From: Paragordius varius
Taxonomy: Eukaryota > Animalia > Nematomorpha
Direction: 5' to 3'
NCBI GenBank assembly: GCA_964247055.1
Contig: OZ176052.1
Coordinates: forward strand, 7,564,001 to 7,628,000
DNA length: 64,000 nt
How positions within the stretch are numbered: position 1 is the first letter of the stretch; each line of letters starts with the position of its first letter. The position numbers and the translations under genes were made by a program. Under the pieces are notes generated by a model that was not told the DNA's origin, did not search any database, and worked only from the letters and a program-made list of their open reading frames with translations. This document shows, in pieces, positions 26,301-35,796 of the stretch.

Positions 26301-29300
26301 CGGGAGCAAAAAATAAAGTAAATTGACTACCAATAATATGCATACGGTAAATATATGTATAAATCTGTTGCTCGCCTGTCAAAAAACCTAGTACACATAT
26401 CAAATTTCGAAATTTTTTAATTTTATTAATTAATTATTTTGTTCTTTTTTGTACCCATAATCTTTTCATCTTTAATCAATTTTAATTTATAATAATTTAT
26501 TAACTAATTATTATTTTTTTACGTGTACCCATAGTCTTTTCATCTTAATTTAATCACTTTTAATATACGTTAACAATATTTATATTTAATACTCTTTATT
26601 CGGCCTATAGTAATTATTAATGGATCACACCTATGGTAAAATTTAATTTCACCTTTAGATTTCTATGATGATTGTACAGAAAATCGTTCAATTATACGCT
26701 CACCATCATTCTCACCGTCATCGCCATCTTCATCTATATGTTCAGAAAACAACGAAGATGATACGATTCGTCAAAGAAAACGTATATACATTTCAAATTA
26801 TATTATATTCAATAATACCATTGTGCTAGCTCTAGTAACTTTTTGTGTTTTATGCGACATAATTTCCTTTAAATATTTTTGCATATATTTTTTCAAGGTT
26901 TAAGATCGACGTTATTTAAAATAATTATTTCAAGTGGGAATAGTCTAGATATTATATTTCACATATATATATGAAAATCTTGCAAATTTTAATATATTTA
27001 CATAAGTTAATTGATATGTCTTCCTCTTTATTTTAAAAAAGTTATTCTAGTTGCATTATACCGATTAAATCAATAACTTTTAAAAAATTTAATAAAATAA
27101 TATAATTAATTACCTGTTAAATATAAGAATTGTTTATTCAACTATCTAAAATAATAAATTCTTTGTGAATATTTGGTTAAGGCAGAGGAAGTTGGACAAA
27201 TGAAAAGAATGAAATTGCTAAGAGCCTTTTCAGTAATCCGTCCACTTCGAATAATATTATGACGGACAATATGAACATTTTAAAAATGTCCAGATCAACA
27301 ATTTATAAATATCGCAGGCGATTGAACGTCGGCCTTCACATCCCACCTAAAAAAAGTGGCCGCAAGCCAAAATATGATGATTGTAAATTAAAGGAAGCCA
27401 TAGAAAATATTTTAAATGAAAATAATAATATCACAATTGATAAAATTTTAGATTCTATTCCTTATTCATTAAAAATATCAAAAACTACATTATATAAATG
27501 CTTAAAAAAATTCTTTTGTAAGAAAACAGGCTCAGATTGAGCCTATAAATCGCAATAAAATAGAAATAATAGAGCATAGGTATACTTATGCGTGGGAAGT
27601 TTTACAGTTTTTGCACAGCGACATATATTATATGGATGAGACTGGAATCAATGATTACAGTCTTTATTTATATTGTTGGTGTAAAAAGGGAGAATTTCCT
27701 ACGATTAAACGTAAGCCAAGAGGTAAAAATATAAACTATTTGGCTATGATTGGAATAAATGGAATGATAAAATATGAATATAAATCTGACCCATACAATG
27801 GGGATGATATATACCATTTTTTACAGGAATGTTTTAAAATAATACCTTCAACATCCTATATAATTTTGGATAATGCCCCTCATCGTTATTCTCGAAATAA
27901 AGAATTCGAAAATTTAATTTTTTTGCCACCATATTCACCTCAATTAAATCCTATTGAGTGTATTTTCCATGAATTTAAACACAAATTACGAGCCCTAAAT
28001 AAGAAAGATTTAAATATGGATAAAAATATAAAAGAAGTTTCTAAAATATTTTATAATAAGGATTTAAGTAAATATTATGAACATGTAGATAAAATATTAA
28101 ATAATGTTTGTTTAAAAAATTAAATTTATTACCTGAAAATTCATATGATTTTTGTTGTGAATCATTTAAGTTGGATCTATTTTTTCATAGCTAATATCAT
28201 TTTCTTATTTAGATAATACGGTGTATAGACATTATTTATGATGTATGGGATGATTAAAATATTATTTTATAAATCATCATCAAATATTTTATATTTCAAC
28301 CGCAGGCATATATTTAATAGTTGGAAATCTCTTCATTACTGTAAAAAAACTGTAAAACTTGTTCCCGTTCTAATTTATTGCGATCCATAGGGTTAATCAG
28401 TAACTGTTTTCGGACATAAAAATTTTTTAAGGCATTTATTAGTGTTTTTATTTTTTTCACCATTATTTATTTTTTTACTATTTATTTATATTGATGTTAT
28501 TTTCATATAAATATTATTTTAATAAATTATTGTCTCTATTACATTATATTGCAGTTATATTTGATACCAAAGGCAGACGATTAATATTTAATCGTCTGCT
28601 TATTGAGCTTTTACGGTAGATGTTTAATATTAAGAAGAGTCCCATCATGTCGTTAATTGAAAGTTGTCCCATTTAACAATATAATAAAGAGAGTTGATAT
28701 GTTACATAAAAATACAGTCAGTGTAGAAGCCCATTAGACTATTGTTTTCGATTAAACCTTATTATAAGATTGGAAACATTGTTAAAATAAGATTAATAAA
28801 ATGAAAAATTGGATTATTATTGTTTTTCAGTAGTAAAATATCTTTGAAATGAATATAGTTATGATAAGGTTTTTTTTTTAATTTTACAAATAGATGACGG
28901 TATGATTGGTGTTAATAATGCAAATGAAATAATATTTTGCCTTTAGTTAAATGTGAGATTTTATAAATCCTATTCATTTAATATATTAGTTAAAATTAAA
29001 TCATAAATGGTTTATTCTTAAGTCGGTCATTATGAAATGCAATGTTATATTTTTAAAGCTTCTTATAAAATACAAAGTAAACATTTAGTCGACTAGAATT
29101 CAAAAAGTTATTATTTATCAATATTACACTAGATAACAAATTTAACTTTATTTAACTGCCATTCTTGTAAATTTAAAATTTATTTCATTAAAGTACATAA
29201 TTAGTATATCTGAAAAGAGATTTGGTTTGGCATTCAAGATTTTTTTAATATTAGGTTTATCGATAATTTTTGGCCCCGATTTAACATTAAACTCGAAAGA

Positions 29301-32300
29301 GCGCAAAAAACTGCATCTTATTGGTGGTAAGTCATTTATATCAATCGGATATAAAAGTTATTTGGATTTAGATGGTCGAAATTTTCAATCGTTATATAAA
29401 TCAAAAATTTTCACAGACAAACTAATTTGAAAATCATATAAATTATTTTAATATAATTATTAGCGTTATATAAGAATTTAATTTAAAAAAAATGTTTGAA
29501 AAAGCTTTTGGTTTGTCTTTTTAATAAAAATTACTATTATCATAATATTTTACCTAGTGGATATTAAATGCATAGTTATAACTGTAAATGGCTATAAAAG
29601 ATCAAAAATACCTTAAACTTTGTTTTTATCTTTAAAATTTCGAAATAATCAGCCTCGTAAAGAAAATAAATTAATATTGATGAGATGGTAATTTTTAAAA
29701 TACAAAAAACTTTAAAATAGCTATTTTGAGTGACATAAAAGCAATAAAAAATGTTTTAATCAAAAAAACCTTCTTGTCTTATCTTTTATGGACATTCATC
29801 ACCAACTAAACAAAGTTTGAGCTATTTTCATCCATTAGTTTTAAAAATATAATATTTAAAAAAATGCTCTCGCTTCGCGCGTTTGTAGCTATCTGTGTCC
29901 AATAATAACTGTCGATGTAATACATATTAGTATACATTTTAAGTTTTTATTACTTTTTTATATTACAAATGGGCATTACTTGTATATTTTCAAATAAAAA
30001 CATTTTTTAGTAAAATTTTGATAAAGAGGGCGCATAATCAAAACTATCAAATTATACAAAATTCTTAGAAGGAGTTATAATTTTTATTTTAGACTTATGT
30101 TAGAATGATACTAAATATCAAAAAATGCAAAAACTCGAGTAGCAGAAATGTTGTCCAGGGTTATAGATAAGTGCTCCTCTTACCCTATTATATTTCGGAT
30201 TTATGTCCGTATAAAAAAAAATTTGTCCGTATAATCGAAAATTTGTCCGTATAAAAAAAAATTTGTCCGCCAATTAAAAATTATAATCTTTTGATTTTAA
30301 CACTCTGTCTCTTATAAAAAAATTATGTCCGTTAGTTAAAAAATTCGTCCGGATAATTACATATTTTACTGTATTAATCTCAATATTTCGAAATCTAGGT
30401 TGTCAACAAATAAAAAATTTTTTGAAAAATGAATACGCTGGTCATAAGCTATCTCACGAAAAAAATATTTTTTCACACAGTATATATATATATATATATA
30501 TATATATGATCACAAATTAAATTTATATATATATATATATATAATCACAAATTAAATTTATATTATTTCGATAGGTTTTTTCGAAGAGTTTTTAAAGTTG
30601 ATGTCCCTTTTCGCCTCTTTGATCTGTGATAGCGTCTTTGGGAAATACATACAGATGGGAAGCCAACCACCATATGAAGCTTCAACTCATGCGGTATCCT
30701 ATATTTTTGGTAAAAAAGAATATAAATGTTTAAATAGCATGTGTATTATTTTATACATATCCATCCTATAGAAAGAGTCGATTAAACAATTGCCTAATTC
30801 CAGGTAATTGTTATTTTTTAAATTTCCCTAAAAATCTTGGAAAAAAGTTCGCAATGCAACCCATTCCGCTCTTTCTTTGGATTGCATTTTAGATTCAAAC
30901 GCCACATCGTTCTAAAGATTCGTAACCTAAAATTAAATGTATAATACCTGCGGCCCTATCAAAACTGCGGCGTTAATTTTTGGGGAGCGTCATCCTAAAC
31001 TTCCGAAGTAATGGGCCCAAGCTTCGCCATTTTTATCAAGATTACACAAAAATGTTTTGGCCCATCCAAGCAACGTGTGCAATGATGGCAAAACAAATGA
31101 GGAAATCTTGTACCCAACTTCATATTCTCTTGAAGGCCAATTTTTTTTGTGTTGTGTTTTTCGGTGTCACGCGAAAATACTAACCCAAAGAGCGGCATGG
31201 GTTGCATTGAGAACCTTTTTCCAAAATTTATTGGGAAATACAAAAATGACAATTACCTGGAATTAGTCAATTGCTTAATCAATTCTTTATATGGGATGGG
31301 TATGTAGGTTATAATAGACGTGTTATCATTTATAATATTTTTTTTATCCAAATTTATAGGATGCCGCATGAGTCTTAAATTTTATGTGGGTTCCCATCTG
31401 TGTCTGTTTTTTAAAGACGCTATTACAGTCAAAGAGGCGAAAAGGGACATTTATTATTATAAAACCCTTTGAAAAAATTACCGAAATAATAAAAATTTAA
31501 TTTGTGATTATAATATGAATAAATAAATTAGTTATTTATTTGTTCTCCATGTTTTACATTTAATTTACTTCCATTCCAAAATCAAGTAAATTATCCTTGT
31601 CGTTATTAATATTCACTCTAATCCAACTTAAATTTGGATTTGTTAATTAACCGTGTAATTCTATAAATTAGTTCTTATTTTTTGATATATAAAAAAACTT
31701 CAAAAGGCTAAGTCAAAATAATTAACGAACCGATTATTGATGGTATTATATGTTGTATAAAACTGTTTTAAACATTTTTTATAAGATATATGGCATATTC
31801 TCCATATTTATATTTATGCTACGCAGTCGTATGCGACCATAGTACCGAGAGATTTTTCCAAGCTAATCTATTAGTTGACACCCACAGTAATTTTAATTCC
31901 AAATTGTTGCAAATAAGTACTTGGTCATGGGAAAATGTTGGAGGTCCATCACGAATTCCTTTACCGCCAACCCTTACCACTAATATCGATAAATCGAAAG
32001 TTTCACTCCTTAAAATATGGCCTAGGAAACCGATTTGATTTTATGTATTATGTTGTGGAGTGTTATAGCTGGTTTTCTTTTCTTTTCTCAGTTCATTTGA
32101 TGTTAGAATATTGCGATACCATATATAATTTTTCTTGATGGCCCATGGCATTTAAATATAAATTTTAGCTGCAAATCGATATATTGTTGATTTTATAAGA
32201 ATCTATGAAACACAGAAAAAATATATAAAAGCGTTTTTTTGTATCTCACCTTGTTCGAATATGAGTGATTGCTACCACAACGGTCCACAAACGACACCCT

Positions 32301-33772
32301 TACCGTAATAGTTTATTCTCATATTTTTTGGTGCAATATTTTTACCCGTCGGACATCCTAAATTTATTAAGAAAAATTTACTTTGGATAATATTTTTTAT
32401 ATTTTAGGCATAAAATTTAGTATTGTTGCATTATGGGAAATATTCAAAAATACAAATATCAAATATAAAGAGTAATTCCTGTTGAGTAAATTTTAGCTTT
32501 TTTTAATTAACACTTGGATACAACACATTCATTTCAGTCCTTCAATTCAAATTGGGGTAGTTGGATACCCCAACCTAATTAAATTAAATAATTCAAAAAA
32601 TATGGAATGAATTGAAATCATGGCAAAAGTTTGCACATTTACATTAGTGAACCGAAATATAAAAGTTTTTTTCAAAAATACTTGATATTACTTATTTTTA
32701 GGTAAAGCCTCAAGTAAAAATTTAATCAACATGACGTGTGTGCATTAGCTAAATTTAAAAGTAATACAAAATACACCACTTTTTCTGTTTCTATCAATGT
32801 TTAATATGATTTAAATAAAAAACTAGCTTGAGTCTTAACTTTAAAATTAAACAAACACGATATTTTGCAAAAATGTTTTAAAATAAAAATGGCGTTTAAG
32901 TAGTTTGATATGGAACTTTTTTATCAAAACAGTTTTATTTAGATCTTTCGGCCTTTTTATATAATTTTTATTAGGATAAAAACATAAACTTAAATTGTAC
33001 AGTTTCTTTCAGTAGTTTTTAAAAAATTTTATCTTAAATATAGTCTGGGGTATTTAGATACCCCACTTTGAATCCAAGTGTTAAAATAAAATTATTTTTT
33101 AAAATAAAAAAAGCTATAATACAATGATATTTATGATTAAATAAATATTATAAACATCTAAAAACATAAAATAAAATTTGTTTTAATATAATATGATGTT
33201 AAAAATATTTAGACAAAAATATTAACTTACCCAACTTTTGAGGGTTTTTGCGTGCTGGAACAAAAAGTGTTGGATGTTTTAAGTTATTTTTTTTTATTTT
33301 GAAGATAATTGTTGGCCTTTTTAAAAATGTCTTTATAAGCCACATATTATTTGTTTAACAGAAAAGATTTACAAGCGATATATTTTTGCAAAAAGTCCCA
33401 TATCTTGAAAACGACCTCGATAACTAAATTTTTCCACAGATCTTATCCCAACACCATAAGGAATATAAAAATTGTAAAGATTCAGATCCAGAAAATTGAC
33501 CGCAAATTTTATTACAGTAGTGTTATCTTTATCTATCCTATATTTATCTAACATGTGTGATTACTTATATTACTTCATGGATTAAAAATATTTTTTGGCA
33601 TGTGTAGAAAAAACATCTCATACTAAAAGCATCGCATCCATCACCCCTTTCTGCACATAGGGGTTGGTTTGGATGTAAACATTTTTCGCAAACAAACGCC
33701 TATCTCAAACAAAACAATATTAAAGAAATCGATTGGTCACATTTACCTTTGGGAGAAAACAAATCGCTATAA
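8134..33772 (+). CDS. UNG: Uracil-DNA glycosylase (family 1, UNG2-like), 6 exons, 277 aa
   Basis: Exons 8134-8340, 8364-8514, 17926-17968, 17994-18082, 18575-18753, 33608-33772 sum to 834 nt, all GT-AG and in frame. Motifs [54 protein letters not shown]-box-like N-terminus ([10 protein letters not shown]). Confidence 0.97.
8341..8363 (+). other. 23-nt spliceosomal mini-intron (UNG intron 1)
   Basis: GTAATGTTTTTGATCATATTTAG. Removal gives YFLK|LEMFLEKER, gap-free against the UNG family consensus (human YFIKLMGFVAEER). Retention shifts the frame. Confidence 0.92.
8661..10320 (-). mobile_element. Inverted, near-identical duplicate of the 3' 1.66 kb of the LINE at 10408-13952
   Basis: Reverse complement of 12294-13952. 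ORF-track peptides are identical (e.g. 9694-10020 vs 12594-12920). I found about four substitutions, all in the outer ~200 bp. Confidence 0.95.
10321..10407 (-). repeat. Short diverged third copy of LINE sequence at the inner palindrome junction
   Basis: Matches 9168-9255 (GTGCCGCCTTAAG...CAGCAC) with a few substitutions and one small indel. Confidence 0.85.
10408..13952 (+). mobile_element. Decayed RTE/RTEX-like non-LTR retrotransposon (EN-RT-Cys finger) in UNG intron 2
   Basis: Endonuclease [23 protein letters not shown] from 10930. [40 protein letters not shown]. Cys-rich C-terminal stretch. Many stops and frameshifts. 5' boundary approximate. Confidence 0.88.
14120..17460 (-). mobile_element. 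Full-length decayed RTE retrotransposon with PHD-like finger insert and 5' HDV-like ribozyme
   Basis: Endonuclease start ([10 protein letters not shown]) near 17030; GGDFNSH; [33 protein letters not shown]; CAIC..C..C..WVHKKC..C..C; C-terminal GHIERR. 8-bp direct repeat CTTAAAAG at 14112-14119 and 17461-17468. Confidence 0.88.
17393..17460 (-). ncRNA. HDV-like (nested double pseudoknot) self-cleaving ribozyme
   Basis: Minus-strand RNA reads P1 GACCAAC, J1/2 AAAGUCCUA, P2 CUGCU, P3 ACC, L3 UCCCCGC, P3' GGU, P1' GUUGGUC, GG (P1.1 with CC of L3), P4 UCACC-UUU-GGUGA, J4/2 ACGAAC with the catalytic-C position, P2' AGCAG. All core helices are Watson-Crick paired. Confidence 0.9.
17969..17993 (+). 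other. 25-nt spliceosomal mini-intron (UNG intron 3)
   Basis: GTAATGAAAATAACTTTACGTTTAG. Removal restores the conserved PPPPS|LINIYKEL. Confidence 0.95.
20312..20376. repeat. (TA)n microsatellite; partner tract at 30481-30545
   Basis: Pure TA runs. Other TA runs occur at ~17797-17826, 39506-39528, 48944-48966 and 57178-57208. Confidence 0.95.
20522..21468 (+). mobile_element. Non-autonomous CMC (Chapaev3/CACTA-like) element, copy 1
   Basis: TIR CACT(A/G)(A/G)ACAACAAATTT, 3-bp TSD TAA/TAA. Internal sequence is shared with copies at 22327, 29127 and 61263. Confidence 0.8.
21471..22059. mobile_element. Foldback element with ~190-bp imperfect TIRs
   Basis: 21471-21663 is inverted relative to 21873-22059 (e.g. 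AAAAGATGGCGTTTTTCT / AGAAAAACGCCATCTTTT). Confidence 0.8.
22327..23359 (-). mobile_element. Non-autonomous CMC element, copy 2 (in left arm)
   Basis: Mirror image of 29127-30160. Confidence 0.8.
24292..25228 (-). pseudogene. Tc1/IS630-like transposase, left-arm copy (HTH ORF + DDE ORF, split by a frameshift)
   Basis: HTH ORF 24947-25228; DDE ORF 24292-24876 with [21 protein letters not shown]. Confidence 0.88.
26620..26781 (+). CDS. Putative spliced 5' exons of the transposase or a second element gene (mirror copy on - strand starting at 25867)
   Basis: ATG at 26620, 23-nt GT-AG intron 26636-26658, then an open Ser/Asp-rich stretch ([41 protein letters not shown]). A join to 27182 would be in frame with the HTH ORF, but that acceptor is a weak AAG. 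Confidence 0.45.
27259..28123 (+). pseudogene. Tc1/IS630-like transposase, right-arm copy
   Basis: HTH ORF 27259-27540; DDE ORF 27611-28123. Same A7 frameshift as the left copy. One homopolymer difference shortens the C-terminus relative to the left copy. Confidence 0.88.
29127..30160 (+). mobile_element. Non-autonomous CMC element, copy 3 (in right arm)
   Basis: CACTAGATAACAAATTT...GTTGTCCAGGG; TSD TTA/TTA. Confidence 0.8.
30541..31511. mobile_element. Foldback element with ~330-bp imperfect TIRs
   Basis: 30541-30875 is inverted relative to 31180-31511 (e.g. TGTCCCTTTTCGCCTCTTTGA / TCAAAGAGGCGAAAAGGGACA). Confidence 0.85.
32511..33080 (+). mobile_element. piggyBac-type MITE, copy 3
   Basis: TTAA at 32507-10 and 33081-84; it interrupts the right arm of the outer foldback. 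Confidence 0.85.
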
Positions 33773-33882
33773 CTTTTTATGCTTTATTGCATTGCATTTA
33801 TGTATATATTATAATTATCAAAGATCTCATAATTTTTGTCCATAAAAATATTGTATATAAATTATTTATAATTATATATAAT

Positions 33883-34407
33883 TTAGGCGTTTGGTTGATA
33901 ATTGTTATTAAATATTGCAGCAGACGGAATAAATGTAGACGAAAAAATAGGTTGCATATTTGCTTTTCTAGTTTCTATCTGGGAATTTTGTGTGGTAGTC
34001 TAAATAAACATTAAAGTAGCATATAGATAATTTAATAGATATACGATAGATATACCTCAATGTATTGTGTTGGTTTGCATTGTAGCAGATTTACGGCAAT
34101 AGAACAATCTTTTTTGAATTGTTCCTAAAAATATATTAAATAATACATTTTGTGCGGTTAATTCTGTGATAGCAGTGGTTAATTTGAGTATTTGATTAGT
34201 AAGCACCTCTATTTGTTTCATATAATCATTGGTATCATTATCATATTTTGTTACGTAATATAAAAGTTTGTCTTCTAGTTTGGAATTAGTGTCTTGCAAA
34301 ATTTTATAGTTTTCTAACAATCTATAAATAAAATAATAAAGTTAAAACCTATTATATTTATCTTGCAAAACTATATTTTCTTGGGCGTGATCTACGTTGT
34401 CAGGCAT
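33883..34407 (-). CDS. TJAP1/BEGAIN-family coiled-coil protein (5' end uncertain)
   Basis: Exons 34349-34407, 34147-34321, 34056-34124, 33883-33999 give ...QDKYNRLLENYKILQDTNSKLEDKL...NEQFKKDCSIAVNLLQCKP. This matches the QELEDKL...NELYxKDCNLAxQLLQC signature I recall for the family. Further 5' exons are possible. Confidence 0.75.
34125..34146 (-). other. 22-nt spliceosomal mini-intron (TJAP1/BEGAIN-like gene)
   Basis: GTATTATTTAATATATTTTTAG. Removal switches into the frame encoding the conserved KDC.IAV.LLQC motif. Confidence 0.88.
34322..34348 (-). other. 27-nt spliceosomal mini-intron (TJAP1/BEGAIN-like gene)
   Basis: GTTTTAACTTTATTATTTTATTTATAG. It contains an in-frame TAA; removal gives QDKYNR|LLENY. 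Confidence 0.82.
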
Positions 34408-34640
34408 CAAAAGAGTAACCCATGTGTAATATTTTCAATGGAGCATCTCTTGTGTTTTGACATTTATCACTTCTATTAGGGGGTAGTCTTATATTTTAAA
34501 GCACTATGAAATTTAAATATCTTAAAAACTATTTATGGTATTAGACTTAGGGTCATAATACAAAAATCTTTTTTAAAACAAATCCTCATCTGGATTCGCC
34601 ATTTTTTTATATCAACAAATAAAATGCAACAGGCTATTAA

Positions 34641-35218
34641 AACTTGGATACAACACACTAATTTTAGTCTTTAGATTCAAATTGGGGTAGTTGAATACCT
34701 AGGCCTGTTTAAAATAAAATATTTTATAAAGTATGATAGGAATCAAAAACATGGCAAAATTTTGCACTAACAGTAATAAACCAATATATGTAAAAAATTT
34801 TATTCAAAAATACTTGATATTACTTATTAAGCTAAAACCAAAAGGTAAAAATTCCGTCAATGTGAAATGTGTAAATTGGTATAATCAAAAAATTATCCAA
34901 AATAAAGCGCTTTTTCTATTTCTATCAATGTTAGATGCAATTTAAATAAAAAATTAGCTTTCACACTTCGATTCAAATTGGGGTATTTAAATACACCAGA
35001 CAAAATATAAATTAATATTTTCCAAAAACAACTGAAGGAAACGGTACCAATTTAAATTTATGCTTCTATCCTAATAAAAATTATATAAATATGCCAAAAA
35101 ATCTTAATGAAATCTTGTTTTGAAAAAAAGTTCAATGTCAAACTACTTCAACGCCATTTTTATTTTACAAAATTTTTGCAAATATCGTCTTCATTTTGTT
35201 TAAGGGGTAAAATTAAGG
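34641..35218 (+). mobile_element. piggyBac-type MITE, copy 4, with its right half inverted
   Basis: Left half is normal to 34961. 34964-35218 is the reverse complement of the usual right half, beginning with the right terminus CACTTCGATTC. Confidence 0.8.
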
Positions 35219-35233
35219 GCATTTTTCATTTAA

Positions 35234-35796
35234 CTTTTGGATACCTCACATTCATTTTAGTCCTTCAATTCAAATTGGGGTAGTTAAATACCCCAGGCCG
35301 ATTTAAAATTAAATTCTTTAAAAAAAATGAAAGGAATCGAAACCATGACAAAATTTTGCACTTATATAGCTTTTATAAACCGAAATATATACAAAAAATT
35401 TCAAAAATACTTGATATTGCTTATTTTAAGGTAAAACCGAAAGGTAAAAATTTAGTGAATGTGATATGTGTGCAATATAAAAATAAAAAATAATACAAAA
35501 ACCGCTTTTTCTATTTCTATCAATGTTAAATGTAATTTAAATAAAAAAATAGCTTTAATTTACCCTTACAATTAAATGAAAACGATATTTTGCAAAAGTT
35601 TTATAAAATAAAAATGGCGTCGAAGTAGTTTGACATGGAACTTTTTTTTTCAAAACAAAATTTTGGCATATATATATAATTTTTATTAGGATAGAAGCAT
35701 AAATCTAAATTGGGACCGTTTTCTTCGATAGTCTTTTTAAAATACTAACTCATATTTAGTCTGAGGTATTTAGATACCCCAATTTGAATCAAAGTC
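35234..35796 (+). mobile_element. piggyBac-type MITE, copy 5
   Basis: TTAA at 35230-33 and 35797-800; slightly degenerate termini. Confidence 0.8.

Larger units (their letters stand above)
22076..30371. mobile_element. 8.3-kb palindromic Tc1/IS630-like transposon (arms 22076-26117 and 26375-30371, 257-bp spacer)
   Basis: Arms are near-identical reverse complements. Identity stops exactly at TA|CAGTAAAATATG on both sides (TA at 22074-75 and 30372-73). Subterminal CGGACAAATTTT repeats. One DDE transposase per arm. Confidence 0.9.
20378..30482. mobile_element. Second-layer TIR element (~110-bp diverged TIRs) inserted in the TA tract
   Basis: CACTGTGTG...GAGATAGCTTATGACCAGC...GTTGACAACCTAG (20378-20490) is inverted relative to 30374-30482. 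Confidence 0.65.
18873..33520. mobile_element. Outer foldback element (or inverted pair) with ~1.45-kb diverged arms spanning almost all of UNG intron 5
   Basis: 18873-20313 aligns by eye, with clear divergence, to the reverse complement of 31512-33520, once the MITE at 32511-33080 is removed. Left end TA-CAGTGTG is Tc1-like. Confidence 0.75.

Noticed and set aside
27504-27521. Classical -1 ribosomal frameshift at A_AAA_AAA
   Set aside because: The -1 frame reaches TAA after three codons; the DDE domain is in the +1 frame.
27518-27580. A mini-intron (GTAAG at 27518) repairing the transposase frameshift
   Set aside because: Nearby AG acceptors are either in the wrong phase or create a stop codon, and splicing would delete the RK motif.
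8661-30371. Both large palindromes as simple fold-back (chimeric read) artefacts
   Set aside because: Not favoured: unique UNG exons continue collinearly on both sides, the arms differ by substitutions and repeat-unit number, and the larger one ends exactly at TA|CAGT. Long-read confirmation is still needed.
34379-34424. A further ~28-nt mini-intron (GTTACT...ACGTAG) extending the TJAP1-like gene upstream
   Set aside because: Frame-compatible, but I could not support it by recognisable homology, so it is not counted among the mini-introns.
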